From an uncultured Gammaproteobacteria bacterium (GTDB taxonomy: Bacteria > Patescibacteriota > Patescibacteriia > JACQRZ01), in contig CAZUKY010000001.1 in the NCBI GenBank assembly GCA_964621085.1, positions 167,226 through 231,225 of the forward strand: a stretch of 64,000 nucleotides of DNA, in the 5' to 3' direction. This document shows, in pieces, positions 1 to 8,222 of the stretch; within the stretch, counting starts at the first letter, position 1, and every line of letters begins with the position of its first letter. The translations under genes and the position numbers were made by a program. The notes beneath the pieces were generated by a model. That model saw nothing but the letters and a program-made list of their open reading frames with translations. It was not told the DNA's origin and did not search any database.

Positions 1-2
1 CC

Positions 3-107
3 TTCAGGCACGACCTGGAACTCCAGAGAATGACGCTCGCGCCTGGGGACTTCTACTTCCTGGACCTGTGCTCAGGGAAGTACGAATTCCCTACACCCGT
101 GGCCTAG
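3..107 (+). CDS. 3' end of an upstream gene running in from the left edge; translates ...FRHDLELQRMTLAPGDFYFLDLCSGKYEFPTPVA*. Hypothetical.
   Basis: Open frame from the window edge to TAG at 105-107, followed directly by a strong GC hairpin plus T-run. No homology recognised. Confidence 0.3.
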   Translation, partial: FRHDLELQRMTLAPGDFYFLDLCSGKYEFPTPVA

Positions 108-120
108 TACGCCGCAAGGC

Positions 121-158
121 CGGCCGCCGCGCCCCATTTGAGGGCCGGCGGTCTTTTT
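121..158 (+). terminator. Rho-independent terminator (GC-rich compound hairpin followed by tcttttt)
   Basis: Stem ~122-134 pairs with 142-153 (ccgccg/cggcgg core), then a T-run at 152-157. Located 15 nt after the stop of the partial CDS. Confidence 0.45.
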
Positions 159-160
159 CA

Positions 161-204
161 TATAAAAAACAAACGGGTCCGACTAATTGCTTAGTCAGAC
201 CCGT
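161..204 (-). terminator. Rho-independent terminator for the minus-strand tRNA transcription unit
   Basis: Near-perfect palindrome gggtccgactaa/ttagtcagaccc (176-203) with loop ttgc. On the minus strand it is followed by a T-run (plus-strand aaaaaacaaac at 163-175). Confidence 0.5.
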
Positions 205-233
205 TTGCCATCGAACCCCGGTTCCCGCTGTGC
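205..233 (-). repeat. Decayed copy of a tRNA 3' half (anticodon-stem/T-arm-like segment ...cagcgggaaccggggttcgatggc...). Non-functional.
   Basis: Strong similarity to positions 39-59 of the intact tRNA-Glu (gggaaccggggttcga), but the T-stem 3' strand and acceptor are missing. Confidence 0.4.
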
Positions 234-331
234 CAGTCAATTATTCGTGGCAGCCCATGGGGAATAGCCCTGCGGGCGGCCTGCGCGGCTCGGATATAAA
301 AATTTCATTTTCACATCTCTCGCCTTTCCTC

Positions 332-363
332 GGCCATCGAAACCCCAGTTCACGCCGTGAGCC
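332..363 (-). repeat. Second decayed tRNA 3'-half-like fragment (ggctcacggcgtgaactggggtttcgatggcc on the minus strand)
   Basis: Same anticodon-stem/T-arm pattern as the intact tRNA, with several substitutions. No D-arm or acceptor. Confidence 0.4.
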
Positions 364-375
364 GTTCATTATTTC

Positions 376-450
376 TGGCACCGCTACGGGGACTCGAACC
401 CCGGTTCCCGCCGTGAGAGGGCGGTGTCCTAACCACTAGACGATAGCGGC
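376..450 (-). tRNA. tRNA-Glu, anticodon CUC, 75 nt with encoded CCA
   Basis: Manual fold of the reverse complement: 7-bp acceptor stem (one G-U), D-stem GTCT/GGAC with an 8-nt loop, anticodon stem CCGCC/GGCGG, loop cTCTCac with U33 and A37, 4-nt variable loop, T-arm CGGGG-TTCGAGT-CCCCG, discriminator G, CCA. Confidence 0.85.
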
Positions 451-490
451 ATCAGAAATAATGAACTTGATTTTTTTCGAGCGGAGCTCG

Positions 491-530
491 CCCGCGAAGC
501 GGGGTGTCCTAACCGCTAGACGATGAGGCC
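491..530 (-). pseudogene. tRNA 5'-half relic (acceptor + D-arm + malformed anticodon stem), truncated
   Basis: Reverse complement reads GGCCTCATCGTCTAGCGGTTAGGACACCCCGCTTCGCGGG. The D-arm is canonical, but the anticodon hairpin has only a 3-nt loop and no T-arm follows. Confidence 0.45.
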
Positions 531-547
531 ATCACGAATAATTGTTT

Positions 548-805
548 TTACGCAAGCGCAAGCTTTCTTTCGATAACTTCTATCCGCTCTTCAAGTCGTT
601 CGTATTTTCCGCGCAGTGCCACAAGCTCAACATCAAGTGTTTCGTGCAGTTTCACGAAACCATCGATGTGGGTATAAATCTGATCTTTAAATTCGTCGAA
701 CTCGGCCTTTGTGACCATGTTCTCCTTGATATCAAAAATCAGATTGAACAGCTTGTCAAACGTCTCGCGCGTTTCTTGATCCATATGTATGGGATTATGA
801 AACAA
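548..805 (-). CDS. Small coiled-coil protein (85 aa), hypothetical
   Basis: ORF directly downstream of murF on the same strand, 4-nt gap. Charged heptad-like sequence. No family recognised. Confidence 0.45.
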   Translation of the reverse strand: MFHNPIHMDQETRETFDKLFNLIFDIKENMVTKAEFDEFKDQIYTHIDGFVKLHETLDVELVALRGKYERLEERIEVIERKLALA

Positions 806-809
806 GACA

Positions 810-2099
810 CTATTTCCACTCCGGCTCCTGGCGCACCAAAAGCTCTTCTGCGAGCTGCGGCTCTGCCATGACCTCTTTCACTACTCGTTCGAGCCGTATG
901 CCTTGCGATCCTTTGATTAAAATCACATCATTGCGGCGCATGAGCTGCTGCAAAGCGAGCCCCGCAGGCATTGCCGTATCAAACCATGAAATACGCCCCT
1001 CGTCAATACCTGATTGGCGTGCGCCTTCTGCAATATGCCGAGAAAACGGGCCGACGGCGAGCAGAAAATCAACCTTATAATCCTTCAGCAGCGTACCGAT
1101 GTCCTCATGCGCCTGTTGGCTGTATTCGCCCAGCTCGAGCATGTCGCCAAGCACGGCTATGCGGCGCGCGTCAGGATCGATCTCGAAGTTGGCAAGCGTC
1201 TCAAGCGCAGCGAGGACTGCTTTTGGAGACGAGTTATACGTGTCGTCGATCACAAGCGTTCCCTTGACGCCGTCAATGAGTCGCATCCTTCCTCTCGGCG
1301 TGCGATATGCGCACAGCTGCTCGGCAATGGTCCCAAGCGGCATACCATACGAAATGCCGACGGATGCCGCGCAGAGCGCCGCCGTCGCAAATTGAGTGCC
1401 GATAGCATGCGGCATGTCTACGCGCACGCTGCTGCCGTTATAGTGGAGATCAAACGAGATCCCGGTACGCCTCCTTTCTGGCGTAAAGGCATAGTGCTCT
1501 TCGCAGTTGGTAAGGCGGATATCTGCAGACTCGCTCCGTCCGTACGTCATGACCCGCGCACGGACATTGGCAAGATCGCGCGAGACGATCTCGTCGTCAA
1601 TGGGGACCAGTGCGATAGCCTCGGAACCGAGCGCTGCATACATCTGCTTCTTTTCGCGCTCAAGCGCCTCAAACGAGCCGTATTTTTCAAGATGCACCGG
1701 ACTGATTGCCGTCACGACGCCGCGGCTGCACGGCGCAAGCCGGACAAGCGCCGCAATATCGCCGGGAGCGTCGGCTCCCATTTCCAATACAAGGATCTGC
1801 GGATATGCTCGGTTGCGAAAAAAAAGCAGGCCGACGCCTTGCGCAAAAATCCCGAGCCATCGCGCAACGGATCGGCCAGGCAATCGTTCGATACCCAAAA
1901 TGGTAAACGGAACCCCGAAGGCATTGTTAAAGCTCTTTGCGCTTGCGCGCACGCGAAAATGCCGAGCGAGCACGGCGGCGACGGCATCCCGCGTTGATGT
2001 CTTGCCGACAGAGCCCGTAATGCCAACCACGTCGGGACGGTATTTTTTCAACACCCTCCGCGCGAGAAAAAAAAGAATTTTCTGAAAAAACGAATGCAT
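810..2099 (-). CDS. murF: UDP-N-acetylmuramoyl-tripeptide--D-alanyl-D-alanine ligase (MurF), short form lacking the usual N-terminal domain
   Basis: Mur-ligase P-loop GITGSVGKTST near the N-terminus. MurF-type motif IDDTYNSSP (MurE would carry DNPR instead). Position after ftsI in the dcw cluster. Confidence 0.85.
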   Translation of the reverse strand: MHSFFQKILFFLARRVLKKYRPDVVGITGSVGKTSTRDAVAAVLARHFRVRASAKSFNNAFGVPFTILGIERLPGRSVARWLGIFAQGVGLLFFRNRAYPQILVLEMGADAPGDIAALVRLAPCSRGVVTAISPVHLEKYGSFEALEREKKQMYAALGSEAIALVPIDDEIVSRDLANVRARVMTYGRSESADIRLTNCEEHYAFTPERRRTGISFDLHYNGSSVRVDMPHAIGTQFATAALCAASVGISYGMPLGTIAEQLCAYRTPRGRMRLIDGVKGTLVIDDTYNSSPKAVLAALETLANFEIDPDARRIAVLGDMLELGEYSQQAHEDIGTLLKDYKVDFLLAVGPFSRHIAEGARQSGIDEGRISWFDTAMPAGLALQQLMRRNDVILIKGSQGIRLERVVKEVMAEPQLAEELLVRQEPEWK

Positions 2100-2163
2100 G
2101 TGAAATTACGCAAAATCACTATCACGACTTCCAGTTCCCGTGCAGTTCGAGGCGCTGGCGTGA

Positions 2164-3948
2164 CTACCCCCTATCATCCGGCGGAATTTCGTAATAGTCA
2201 AGAAGGAACTTTGCGATCTCTCCAAACAACGGGGCTGCTGAGCTCTCCGCCCACTGCACATCGCGCGGACGGTCGATCTTAACGAGCATCACGAAAGCAG
2301 GATCATCGACAGGCGCGTACCCGACAAACGAACCGATCGTCGCATCGGTTTCGTACCCGCGCCCATCTTTCTTGGGAACCTGCGCCGTACCTGTCTTGCC
2401 GGCAACATAATAGCCTGGCACACCAGCCCGCTTCCCATGTCCGCGCTGCACGACATTTGCAAGCATGCCGGAAACCAGTGTCGATGTCTGTCGGGAAATA
2501 ACCTGGCGCACGACGCGAGGACTTGTCTTCTCTTTTTCTCCGTTCGGCTTAATAATCATGTCGACAATATACGGCTGCATGAGCGCGCCCCCGTTTGCCA
2601 GCGCAGCATAGGCTGTCACAAGCTGCAGCGGTGTTACCGTCAGGCCTTGGCCGAAGGAGTTTGTCGCGAGATAAATTTCCCGCTTTTCGTTCAACGATTT
2701 TATATTACCGCGCGCCTCGGTATCCAGCTCGATGCCACTCGGCGCGCCGAAGCCGAAATCCTGGACATACCGCCGAAACTCTTCAAGTCCAACCAGCTTT
2801 GCAACGTGGATAACGCCCGTATTCAACGATTTCTCCAAAACATCAACCATCGTCTGCTTTCCATAAGCCTTTTTGTCCGAGTTGGAAATAGCATACCCAT
2901 CAATCGTCATTCGACCGGTATCCTCATAAACGCTCTCCGGCGTGATACTCCCTTTGTCCAGACCGATCGCCATCGTGATCGCCTTAAATGTGGATCCCGG
3001 CTCATACGGAGCAAAGATTGCGGGATTGGGATAGGTGGCGACATCGGACTCCCAATACGTTTCGGGATCGAAGTCAGGGACGCTGCACATGGCAAGAATC
3101 CCCCCCGTTTTCGGATTCATAATAATGACCGTCCCTCCATCAGCGCCATGCCGCGCCACCCATTTCTTCAGGCGATCGCAGGCGACCATCTGTACAGTCC
3201 GATCCAGCGTCAGGACGATATTGCTTCCATCAACCGCATCGACGACGCGGCTGTCGCCGACCGGAATCAGAGTGCCGATCGCGTCTCGCTCAAAACGCAG
3301 CGACCCCTCCGTGCCCTTCAAAATCTCATGAAAATACCCCTCGATCCCATAGACCCCCCGATACACGTCTTGTGCGTATCCCAAAAATCCAAACACGTGC
3401 CCGCCGAGCCCTTTTTCCGGATAAAAACGGTAGGTCTCGCTCTCCGATCCGATGCCGGGCAGCCCCAGTTGCGCAATCTTTTCATACGTCTCCTCGGGAA
3501 CCTTTCTCTTCAAAACGCGATAGGACCCCTCGCCGCCCAGCCGCTCGATGATTTCTTCTTTTTGCATCTCGAGCAAAGGCGCGAGACGCTCTGCCGCCAG
3601 TTCCTTCTCGCGGACGTCGCGCGGAACGGCGTATACGCGGCGGTACTCCCGATTCGTAACCGCCGGATACAATTTTTCCCCCGCAATGTCTACCAAAAAA
3701 GCGTTGTCCTCTTCCGAATGGAAGTCGCGGACAAAAATTTCTCCGCGTTTGGGAAAGAGTTTTTTGAAGAGCGTATGCCCGCCTTCCGCGGCGGCGCGAT
3801 AATCCTCATAACTCATGACCTGCAAGTTGAAAAGCCGCAACGAAAGAATGCAGGCACCCAGAATGATTGCCACCTTGAGAATGCGAATGCGAGGAGAAAA
3901 CCCCGATCCTTCCCGTCTCCTCGAAAAAAAATGATGTCCGTAGGTCAT
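2164..3948 (-). CDS. ftsI: Peptidoglycan D,D-transpeptidase FtsI / class B PBP (ORF extends to 4041; start at MTYGHHFF preferred)
   Basis: Single N-terminal TM segment, then transpeptidase motifs STFK, SNS and KTGT. Sits in dcw-cluster order. Confidence 0.85.
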   Translation of the reverse strand: MTYGHHFFSRRREGSGFSPRIRILKVAIILGACILSLRLFNLQVMSYEDYRAAAEGGHTLFKKLFPKRGEIFVRDFHSEEDNAFLVDIAGEKLYPAVTNREYRRVYAVPRDVREKELAAERLAPLLEMQKEEIIERLGGEGSYRVLKRKVPEETYEKIAQLGLPGIGSESETYRFYPEKGLGGHVFGFLGYAQDVYRGVYGIEGYFHEILKGTEGSLRFERDAIGTLIPVGDSRVVDAVDGSNIVLTLDRTVQMVACDRLKKWVARHGADGGTVIIMNPKTGGILAMCSVPDFDPETYWESDVATYPNPAIFAPYEPGSTFKAITMAIGLDKGSITPESVYEDTGRMTIDGYAISNSDKKAYGKQTMVDVLEKSLNTGVIHVAKLVGLEEFRRYVQDFGFGAPSGIELDTEARGNIKSLNEKREIYLATNSFGQGLTVTPLQLVTAYAALANGGALMQPYIVDMIIKPNGEKEKTSPRVVRQVISRQTSTLVSGMLANVVQRGHGKRAGVPGYYVAGKTGTAQVPKKDGRGYETDATIGSFVGYAPVDDPAFVMLVKIDRPRDVQWAESSAAPLFGEIAKFLLDYYEIPPDDRG

Positions 3949-4065
3949 ATCATGAATTCCGCATTTCGTGTACGAGATCGGTGGTAGTAAGGCTGTATAA
4001 AGTCTACCAAAATGCGGGCGCAACAAAAACAACCAGCGCACAGAAAAGACGCTGGTTGTCCCTGA

Positions 4066-4431
4066 TCACCGCACGGCGGCGACGGATTGTGAGGATGCTT
4101 TCAGATACTCGATTCGCTCAGTGCGCACCAGTCCGAGACTGTCGACTTTTTCCTGAAGCGAACCGAGACTCTGACGCTCGATAATTTTCATTTGAAGGCG
4201 CTCGTTCTGCTTTTTCTGTTCGGATATCCGCTTCTCAAGATCTTTGATCTGATACCCTTTCGTGGCGAGCGCATTCACTTGCACGAGATAGAGTACACTA
4301 AAAAGCGCCACTGTCAAGGCGAGTCCCTTGTTGAGCATCCGCATCCGCGGATGAGCCGCAGAGGTCTTTTCGCTCTCCAAACGGGCATTTTTAAGAAATT
4401 TTCTCATTAGTTGTGTGAAAGGGAGGGACAT
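4066..4431 (-). CDS. ftsL: Cell-division protein FtsL-like (small bitopic coiled-coil protein)
   Basis: 121 aa with one TM helix (LALTVALFSVLYLVQV) followed by a coiled coil. Lies between rsmH and ftsI as in canonical dcw clusters. Confidence 0.55.
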   Translation of the reverse strand: MSLPFTQLMRKFLKNARLESEKTSAAHPRMRMLNKGLALTVALFSVLYLVQVNALATKGYQIKDLEKRISEQKKQNERLQMKIIERQSLGSLQEKVDSLGLVRTERIEYLKASSQSVAAVR

Positions 4432-4434
4432 ATG

Positions 4435-5349
4435 TCAGGTGAGGGGTCTGAATTCGAAGGCGCGGAGTTTTGCGCTGCGTGACGCGGGATTATCGCGAAC
4501 CTCTTCGGCAGTCGGAATGATTGGTTTTTTTGTAAGGATGAGGCCGCGTTTCTGGAGCGACCAGGTTCGGAACTGATTCTTGACGATTCGGTCTTCCAGT
4601 GAGTGAAAACTGATGACGACGACGCGCACGCCCAGAGCAACAAGATCAGGAAGCGATGCGAGCGAGTGGGAGAGGTTTTCAAGTTCGTTATTTGCGGCGA
4701 TGCGCAATGCCTGAAACGAACGGGTTGCGCAGTTGATGCGGCCATGGCGATAGCTGGAAGGAACTGCCTCGCGAATCACTCGTACGAAGTCGCCGACCCG
4801 TGCCAACGGCGCGCGTTCCCTGACTGCAACAACTCGCCGTGCGATCCGCCGCGCATACCGCTCTTCGCCGTAGACGCGAAGGACTCGCTCGATCTCCCGC
4901 TCGGAATAGCTATTCAAGATATCCGCCGCCGCTGTGCCGCCAGGCGAATACCGCATGTCCAACGGCTCCTCTTCCATCTGAAAGCTCAATCCGCATCCGC
5001 CGGTCTGGAGAAAGTCGGTCGAGTAGCCCAGGTCGTACAGGATACCCCGCAGATCGGCAAGCGGCTCGCTTTCGAAAAGCTGGCCAATATCCGCGAAGTT
5101 CCCTTCGTAGAAACAGAATCGCTTCCCGAAATCCTTCTTCAGCGGCTCTGCTCGATCGCGCGCCCCGGGATCACAATCAATGGCGATAACGCGGCTGTCG
5201 GCTTTTTCCAGGATTGCGCGGGCATGTCCGCCGGATCCGAAGGTGCAGTCGATGTAGGTGGCCTGTGAACGAACGTCGAGCCAGTGCAAAGTTTGCTCAA
5301 CCATGACCGGCCGGTGAAGCGGCATACGGCTGCCCGCAGGGCTATACAT
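4435..5349 (-). CDS. rsmH: 16S rRNA (cytosine1402-N4)-methyltransferase RsmH (MraW)
   Basis: DCTFGSGGHA SAM-binding motif and overall RsmH collinearity. Overlaps the mraZ stop by 8 nt. Confidence 0.9.
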   Translation of the reverse strand: MYSPAGSRMPLHRPVMVEQTLHWLDVRSQATYIDCTFGSGGHARAILEKADSRVIAIDCDPGARDRAEPLKKDFGKRFCFYEGNFADIGQLFESEPLADLRGILYDLGYSTDFLQTGGCGLSFQMEEEPLDMRYSPGGTAAADILNSYSEREIERVLRVYGEERYARRIARRVVAVRERAPLARVGDFVRVIREAVPSSYRHGRINCATRSFQALRIAANNELENLSHSLASLPDLVALGVRVVVISFHSLEDRIVKNQFRTWSLQKRGLILTKKPIIPTAEEVRDNPASRSAKLRAFEFRPLT

Positions 5350-5773
5350 TCAGCTCGCCGAGCGTCTCTGCGATATTCTCGCTTTCGTACTCGGTCTGCG
5401 TTTTATATGCCTGCCACCGGTCTTCATCCCAGATTTCCAGTCTGGCATAGAGGCCGGCAACAACCACTTTTTTTGAAATTCCCGCGTAGCGGCGCAAGTA
5501 ATCGGGGACGATGATGCGCCCCTGCTTATCGACCGCGACATCCATGGCGCCTGCAAGCATCAGGCGGCTGAATGCGCGCGAGTTCGCCTGGCTCAGCGGC
5601 AATTGCGCAATCTTCTCTGCCAACGCATTCCACTCATTCATCGGATAGACGAAAAGGCAGTGGTCCAAACCTCTCGTCACCACTGCCCCGTTTTCCAAGT
5701 CATCGCGAAACTTGGCGGGAACCGCCAATCGCCCCTTGGAATCCAGTGTATGACGGAATTCGCCGATGAACAC
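5342..5773 (-). CDS. mraZ: Transcriptional regulator MraZ (GTG start)
   Basis: Tandem MraZ/SpoVT-AbrB-type halves (MFIGEFRHTLDSKGRLAVPAKFR ...). First gene of the dcw cluster. Confidence 0.9.
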   Translation of the reverse strand: MFIGEFRHTLDSKGRLAVPAKFRDDLENGAVVTRGLDHCLFVYPMNEWNALAEKIAQLPLSQANSRAFSRLMLAGAMDVAVDKQGRIIVPDYLRRYAGISKKVVVAGLYARLEIWDEDRWQAYKTQTEYESENIAETLGELNV

Positions 5774-5796
5774 ACGCGTTCAGGTTTAAAAAGGTT

Positions 5797-5945
5797 GGGA
5801 GATAACTCAAGAAAATATCCGTATTTTGGAGAAAAATCGCGAGTGGCACGACAAGCATGGGTGTGACACTTTTTTGGTTGAGCAGTGAATAGGAGAGAAA
5901 AATGATTCGGGTTTTTATCCCCGTATTTTCTTGAGTTATCCCCAC
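5797..5945. promoter_or_regulatory. Structured mraZ upstream region: perfect 17-nt inverted repeat plus two GTGGG direct repeats at 10-bp spacing
   Basis: gataactcaagaaaata (5801-5817) is the exact reverse complement of tattttcttgagttatc (5924-5940), ~106 bp apart. On the mraZ-coding (minus) strand, GTGGG sits at 5941-5945 and again at 5951-5955. Confidence 0.4.
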
Positions 5946-6121
5946 TTTCTCCCACAATTCACCATCTAGTACCTATTATACACCACTATATGACGCAATT
6001 CAACCCTCAAACTGTTAATAAAATAATCCTGCAAAGAAATCGTGTTCATTTCTCTGCAAGCCAAAATAAAAAGACGCCGCCCGGATTATCTCCAGACGGC
6101 CTATCCGTCATACGGTGTGAC

Positions 6122-6451
6122 TCACCGCTTTTCGGATTTCGGCTCGTTATCACCGCCAATTAGATCGTGCAGGCGCTCCAAAAGTCTGATTCTTTCTTGC
6201 AGGCCATCGATACGCTCATCATATTCAGTCCAGATAACCTGAAGATTTTCCTTGGTAGACTCGTGCAGCGACTCAAGCTGTCGCATCTCGCCGACCAGGC
6301 CAGAGATCGTCGCCTTCACCTCGGCAAGTCGCTGCGTGCGCTCTTGCTCGTTTTCGAACTTCACTTCCAGTCTCGGGCGTCCTTGCTCGTTTTCCGAATT
6401 CGCTACCATGAACGCCGCTCCTTTCGCGCGAGTGCTGACATATGTCATCAC
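6122..6451 (-). CDS. Coiled-coil protein (109 aa), hypothetical
   Basis: Continuous ORF, highly charged with heptad-like periodicity. No family recognised. Confidence 0.45.
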   Translation of the reverse strand: MMTYVSTRAKGAAFMVANSENEQGRPRLEVKFENEQERTQRLAEVKATISGLVGEMRQLESLHESTKENLQVIWTEYDERIDGLQERIRLLERLHDLIGGDNEPKSEKR

Positions 6452-6469
6452 GTACGAAAGAGCGAAAAA

Positions 6470-7732
6470 TTACCGATGAGGCTCTTCCAAATAGTTCGCA
6501 TCCGAAAGTTCGTCGGGCAGGCAGCGCATATCCGTTTTCGCGTCTTGGTAGTCGTGCGCATACTTGTATCCCCTTCCGTAATCCAGTTCTTTCATAAGCT
6601 TGGTTGGCGCATTGCGCAAGTGCAATGGTACGGGCAGATTCCCATGCGTTTCCGCATCCTTTAGCGCGCGCTCCAATCCCATATACGAGCGGTTGCTCTT
6701 CTTGCTTTCAGTCAAATAGACGGTTCCATGGGCGAGCGGAATGCGGCCCTCCGGCATGCCGATCTTATCAACTGCGTCAAAGACTGCATTCGCAACGACT
6801 AGCGCCGTCGGATTCGCGCTGCCGATGTCCTCTGCCGCAAATACCACCATCCGTCGCGCGACAAACAAAGGATCCTCGCCGGCAACGATCATGCGCGCGA
6901 GCCAGTACAAGGCGGCATTCGCGTCCGAGTTGCGCATGCTTTTGATATATGCGGAAATGACATTGTAATGCTCCTCGCCCGCCTTGTCGTAGCGAAGCGC
7001 CTTTGTCTGGAGCGCATTTTCAATCGTCTCTTTTGAAATGATTTTTTTACCTTTCTCTTCCGACGCGATCGCGGCGGCGATCTCCAATGTATTGAGGAGG
7101 CTTCGCGCGTCGCCGTTTGCGAATTCGATGAGGACATCTTTTTCCGCGTTGCCGATTGCAATATCCTGCCCGCCGAGACCTCGCTCCGAGTCTCGCAATG
7201 CGCGGTCAAGAATGGCCCGGAGCGAGTCGGTCGTATGCGCGTTCAGGACAAATACTTGGGAACGGGAAAGGAGCGCGGCGTTCACCTCGAATGAGGGATT
7301 CTCCGTCGTTGCCCCGATCAGGATAATCGTGCCATCCTCGACAGAAGGCAAAAAGGCGTCCTGCTGCGCCTTGTTGAAGCGATGGATCTCGTCGATAAAA
7401 AGGATCGTCCGGCGCGAATGGAATTTGAGATCTTCCCGTGCCGCACTGATAACTGCTCGCGCCTCCTTGATGCCAGTATTCACTGCCGAGAGAGGCTCGA
7501 AGCGCGACTTGGTGCTTTCGGCGATGGCAAACGCGATCGTGGTTTTTCCCACGCCAGGCGGCCCCCAGAAAATCAACGAACGCAACTGGTCAGACTCGAT
7601 CAGCAAGCGCAACACTTTGCCAACTCCCAAGATATGCTCCTGCCCGACAATCTCATCGATCGTTCGCGGTCGCATACGATCGGCAAGCGGCGCATGTTTT
7701 GCGTCTTTCACGAGCGTATCAAAGAGATCCAT
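6470..7732 (-). CDS. rarA: Replication-associated recombination protein A (RarA/MgsA), AAA+ ATPase
   Basis: Walker A GPPGVGKTT, Walker B LFIDEIHRF, and C-terminal MgsA-type helical domains. Confidence 0.85.
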   Translation of the reverse strand: MDLFDTLVKDAKHAPLADRMRPRTIDEIVGQEHILGVGKVLRLLIESDQLRSLIFWGPPGVGKTTIAFAIAESTKSRFEPLSAVNTGIKEARAVISAAREDLKFHSRRTILFIDEIHRFNKAQQDAFLPSVEDGTIILIGATTENPSFEVNAALLSRSQVFVLNAHTTDSLRAILDRALRDSERGLGGQDIAIGNAEKDVLIEFANGDARSLLNTLEIAAAIASEEKGKKIISKETIENALQTKALRYDKAGEEHYNVISAYIKSMRNSDANAALYWLARMIVAGEDPLFVARRMVVFAAEDIGSANPTALVVANAVFDAVDKIGMPEGRIPLAHGTVYLTESKKSNRSYMGLERALKDAETHGNLPVPLHLRNAPTKLMKELDYGRGYKYAHDYQDAKTDMRCLPDELSDANYLEEPHR

Positions 7733-7805
7733 AGAATAAGCTATAAGCTGTTAGCTATGAGCCCAAGATCCCGTAGCACTAAAGCGAGAGGCTAGCGACT
7801 AATAG

Positions 7806-8213
7806 CTAATGATGGTTTTTCGTTATGTTGGGCTCTGCGCCGTAGTCGGGATACACGGGCGCGAACTTCTTTTTTCGGGCGAGAGCAGCGATTCCGCGAC
7901 GGAAAAACTCCTCATCAAAATACTTCTCAAGATAGATACCGGCAACGGGAATGCCCAAAACACATCCGAATGCGTTGGCAATGCTCAAACCGGTGCGCAG
8001 AGAAGAAAACTGTCCCGGCCCCTTGATGACGGCAATGCCGGCAAGCGCCTTCGGAGTGACCCGCCGTTTCGCGAGTACGGCGTCAATGTCCTTGAGGGGA
8101 TTGCGCCGCTCGCCTCTCTTGATCGACCGCCGCAGAGAGACCGCAACGCTCGCTGTATCCGCAAGAAAAATAACACTCTCTGCGTTGGTTGGCGTTGCGA
8201 TAAAAAGATACAT
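7806..8213 (-). CDS. tsaB: tRNA t6A biosynthesis protein TsaB (YeaZ)-like, truncated 135-aa form
   Basis: Matches TsaB N-terminal motifs: LAGIAVIKGPGQFSSLRTGLSIANAF lines up with GRGPGSFTGVRIG. Only the first actin-like subdomain is present. Confidence 0.65.
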   Translation of the reverse strand: MYLFIATPTNAESVIFLADTASVAVSLRRSIKRGERRNPLKDIDAVLAKRRVTPKALAGIAVIKGPGQFSSLRTGLSIANAFGCVLGIPVAGIYLEKYFDEEFFRRGIAALARKKKFAPVYPDYGAEPNITKNHH

Positions 8214-8222
8214 ACGAAAAAC

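Noticed and set aside
68-439. 123-aa plus-strand ORF
   Set aside because: It overlaps the intact tRNA-Glu and the tRNA relics on the opposite strand. It is arginine/proline-rich, typical of GC-bias noise.
472-492. cgagc-gga-gctcg hairpin next to a T7 run as a terminator
   Set aside because: The T-run precedes the hairpin on the plus strand and becomes an A-run after it on the minus strand. Neither orientation gives hairpin-then-U.
195-530. Split or intron-containing tRNA formed by the 5'-half relic (491-530) and a 3'-half relic (205-233)
   Set aside because: The 3' fragments cannot form a T-stem or acceptor 3' strand. The 5' fragment's anticodon hairpin has a 3-nt loop. The complementary 12-mers both lie 5' of their fragments, which does not fit trans- or cis-splicing geometries.
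1014-3987. Long plus-strand ORFs (327 aa and 516 aa) antisense to murF and ftsI
   Set aside because: The minus-strand frames carry unmistakable Mur-ligase and PBP motifs. The antisense ORFs are low-complexity and R/A/P-rich, an artefact of high G+C.
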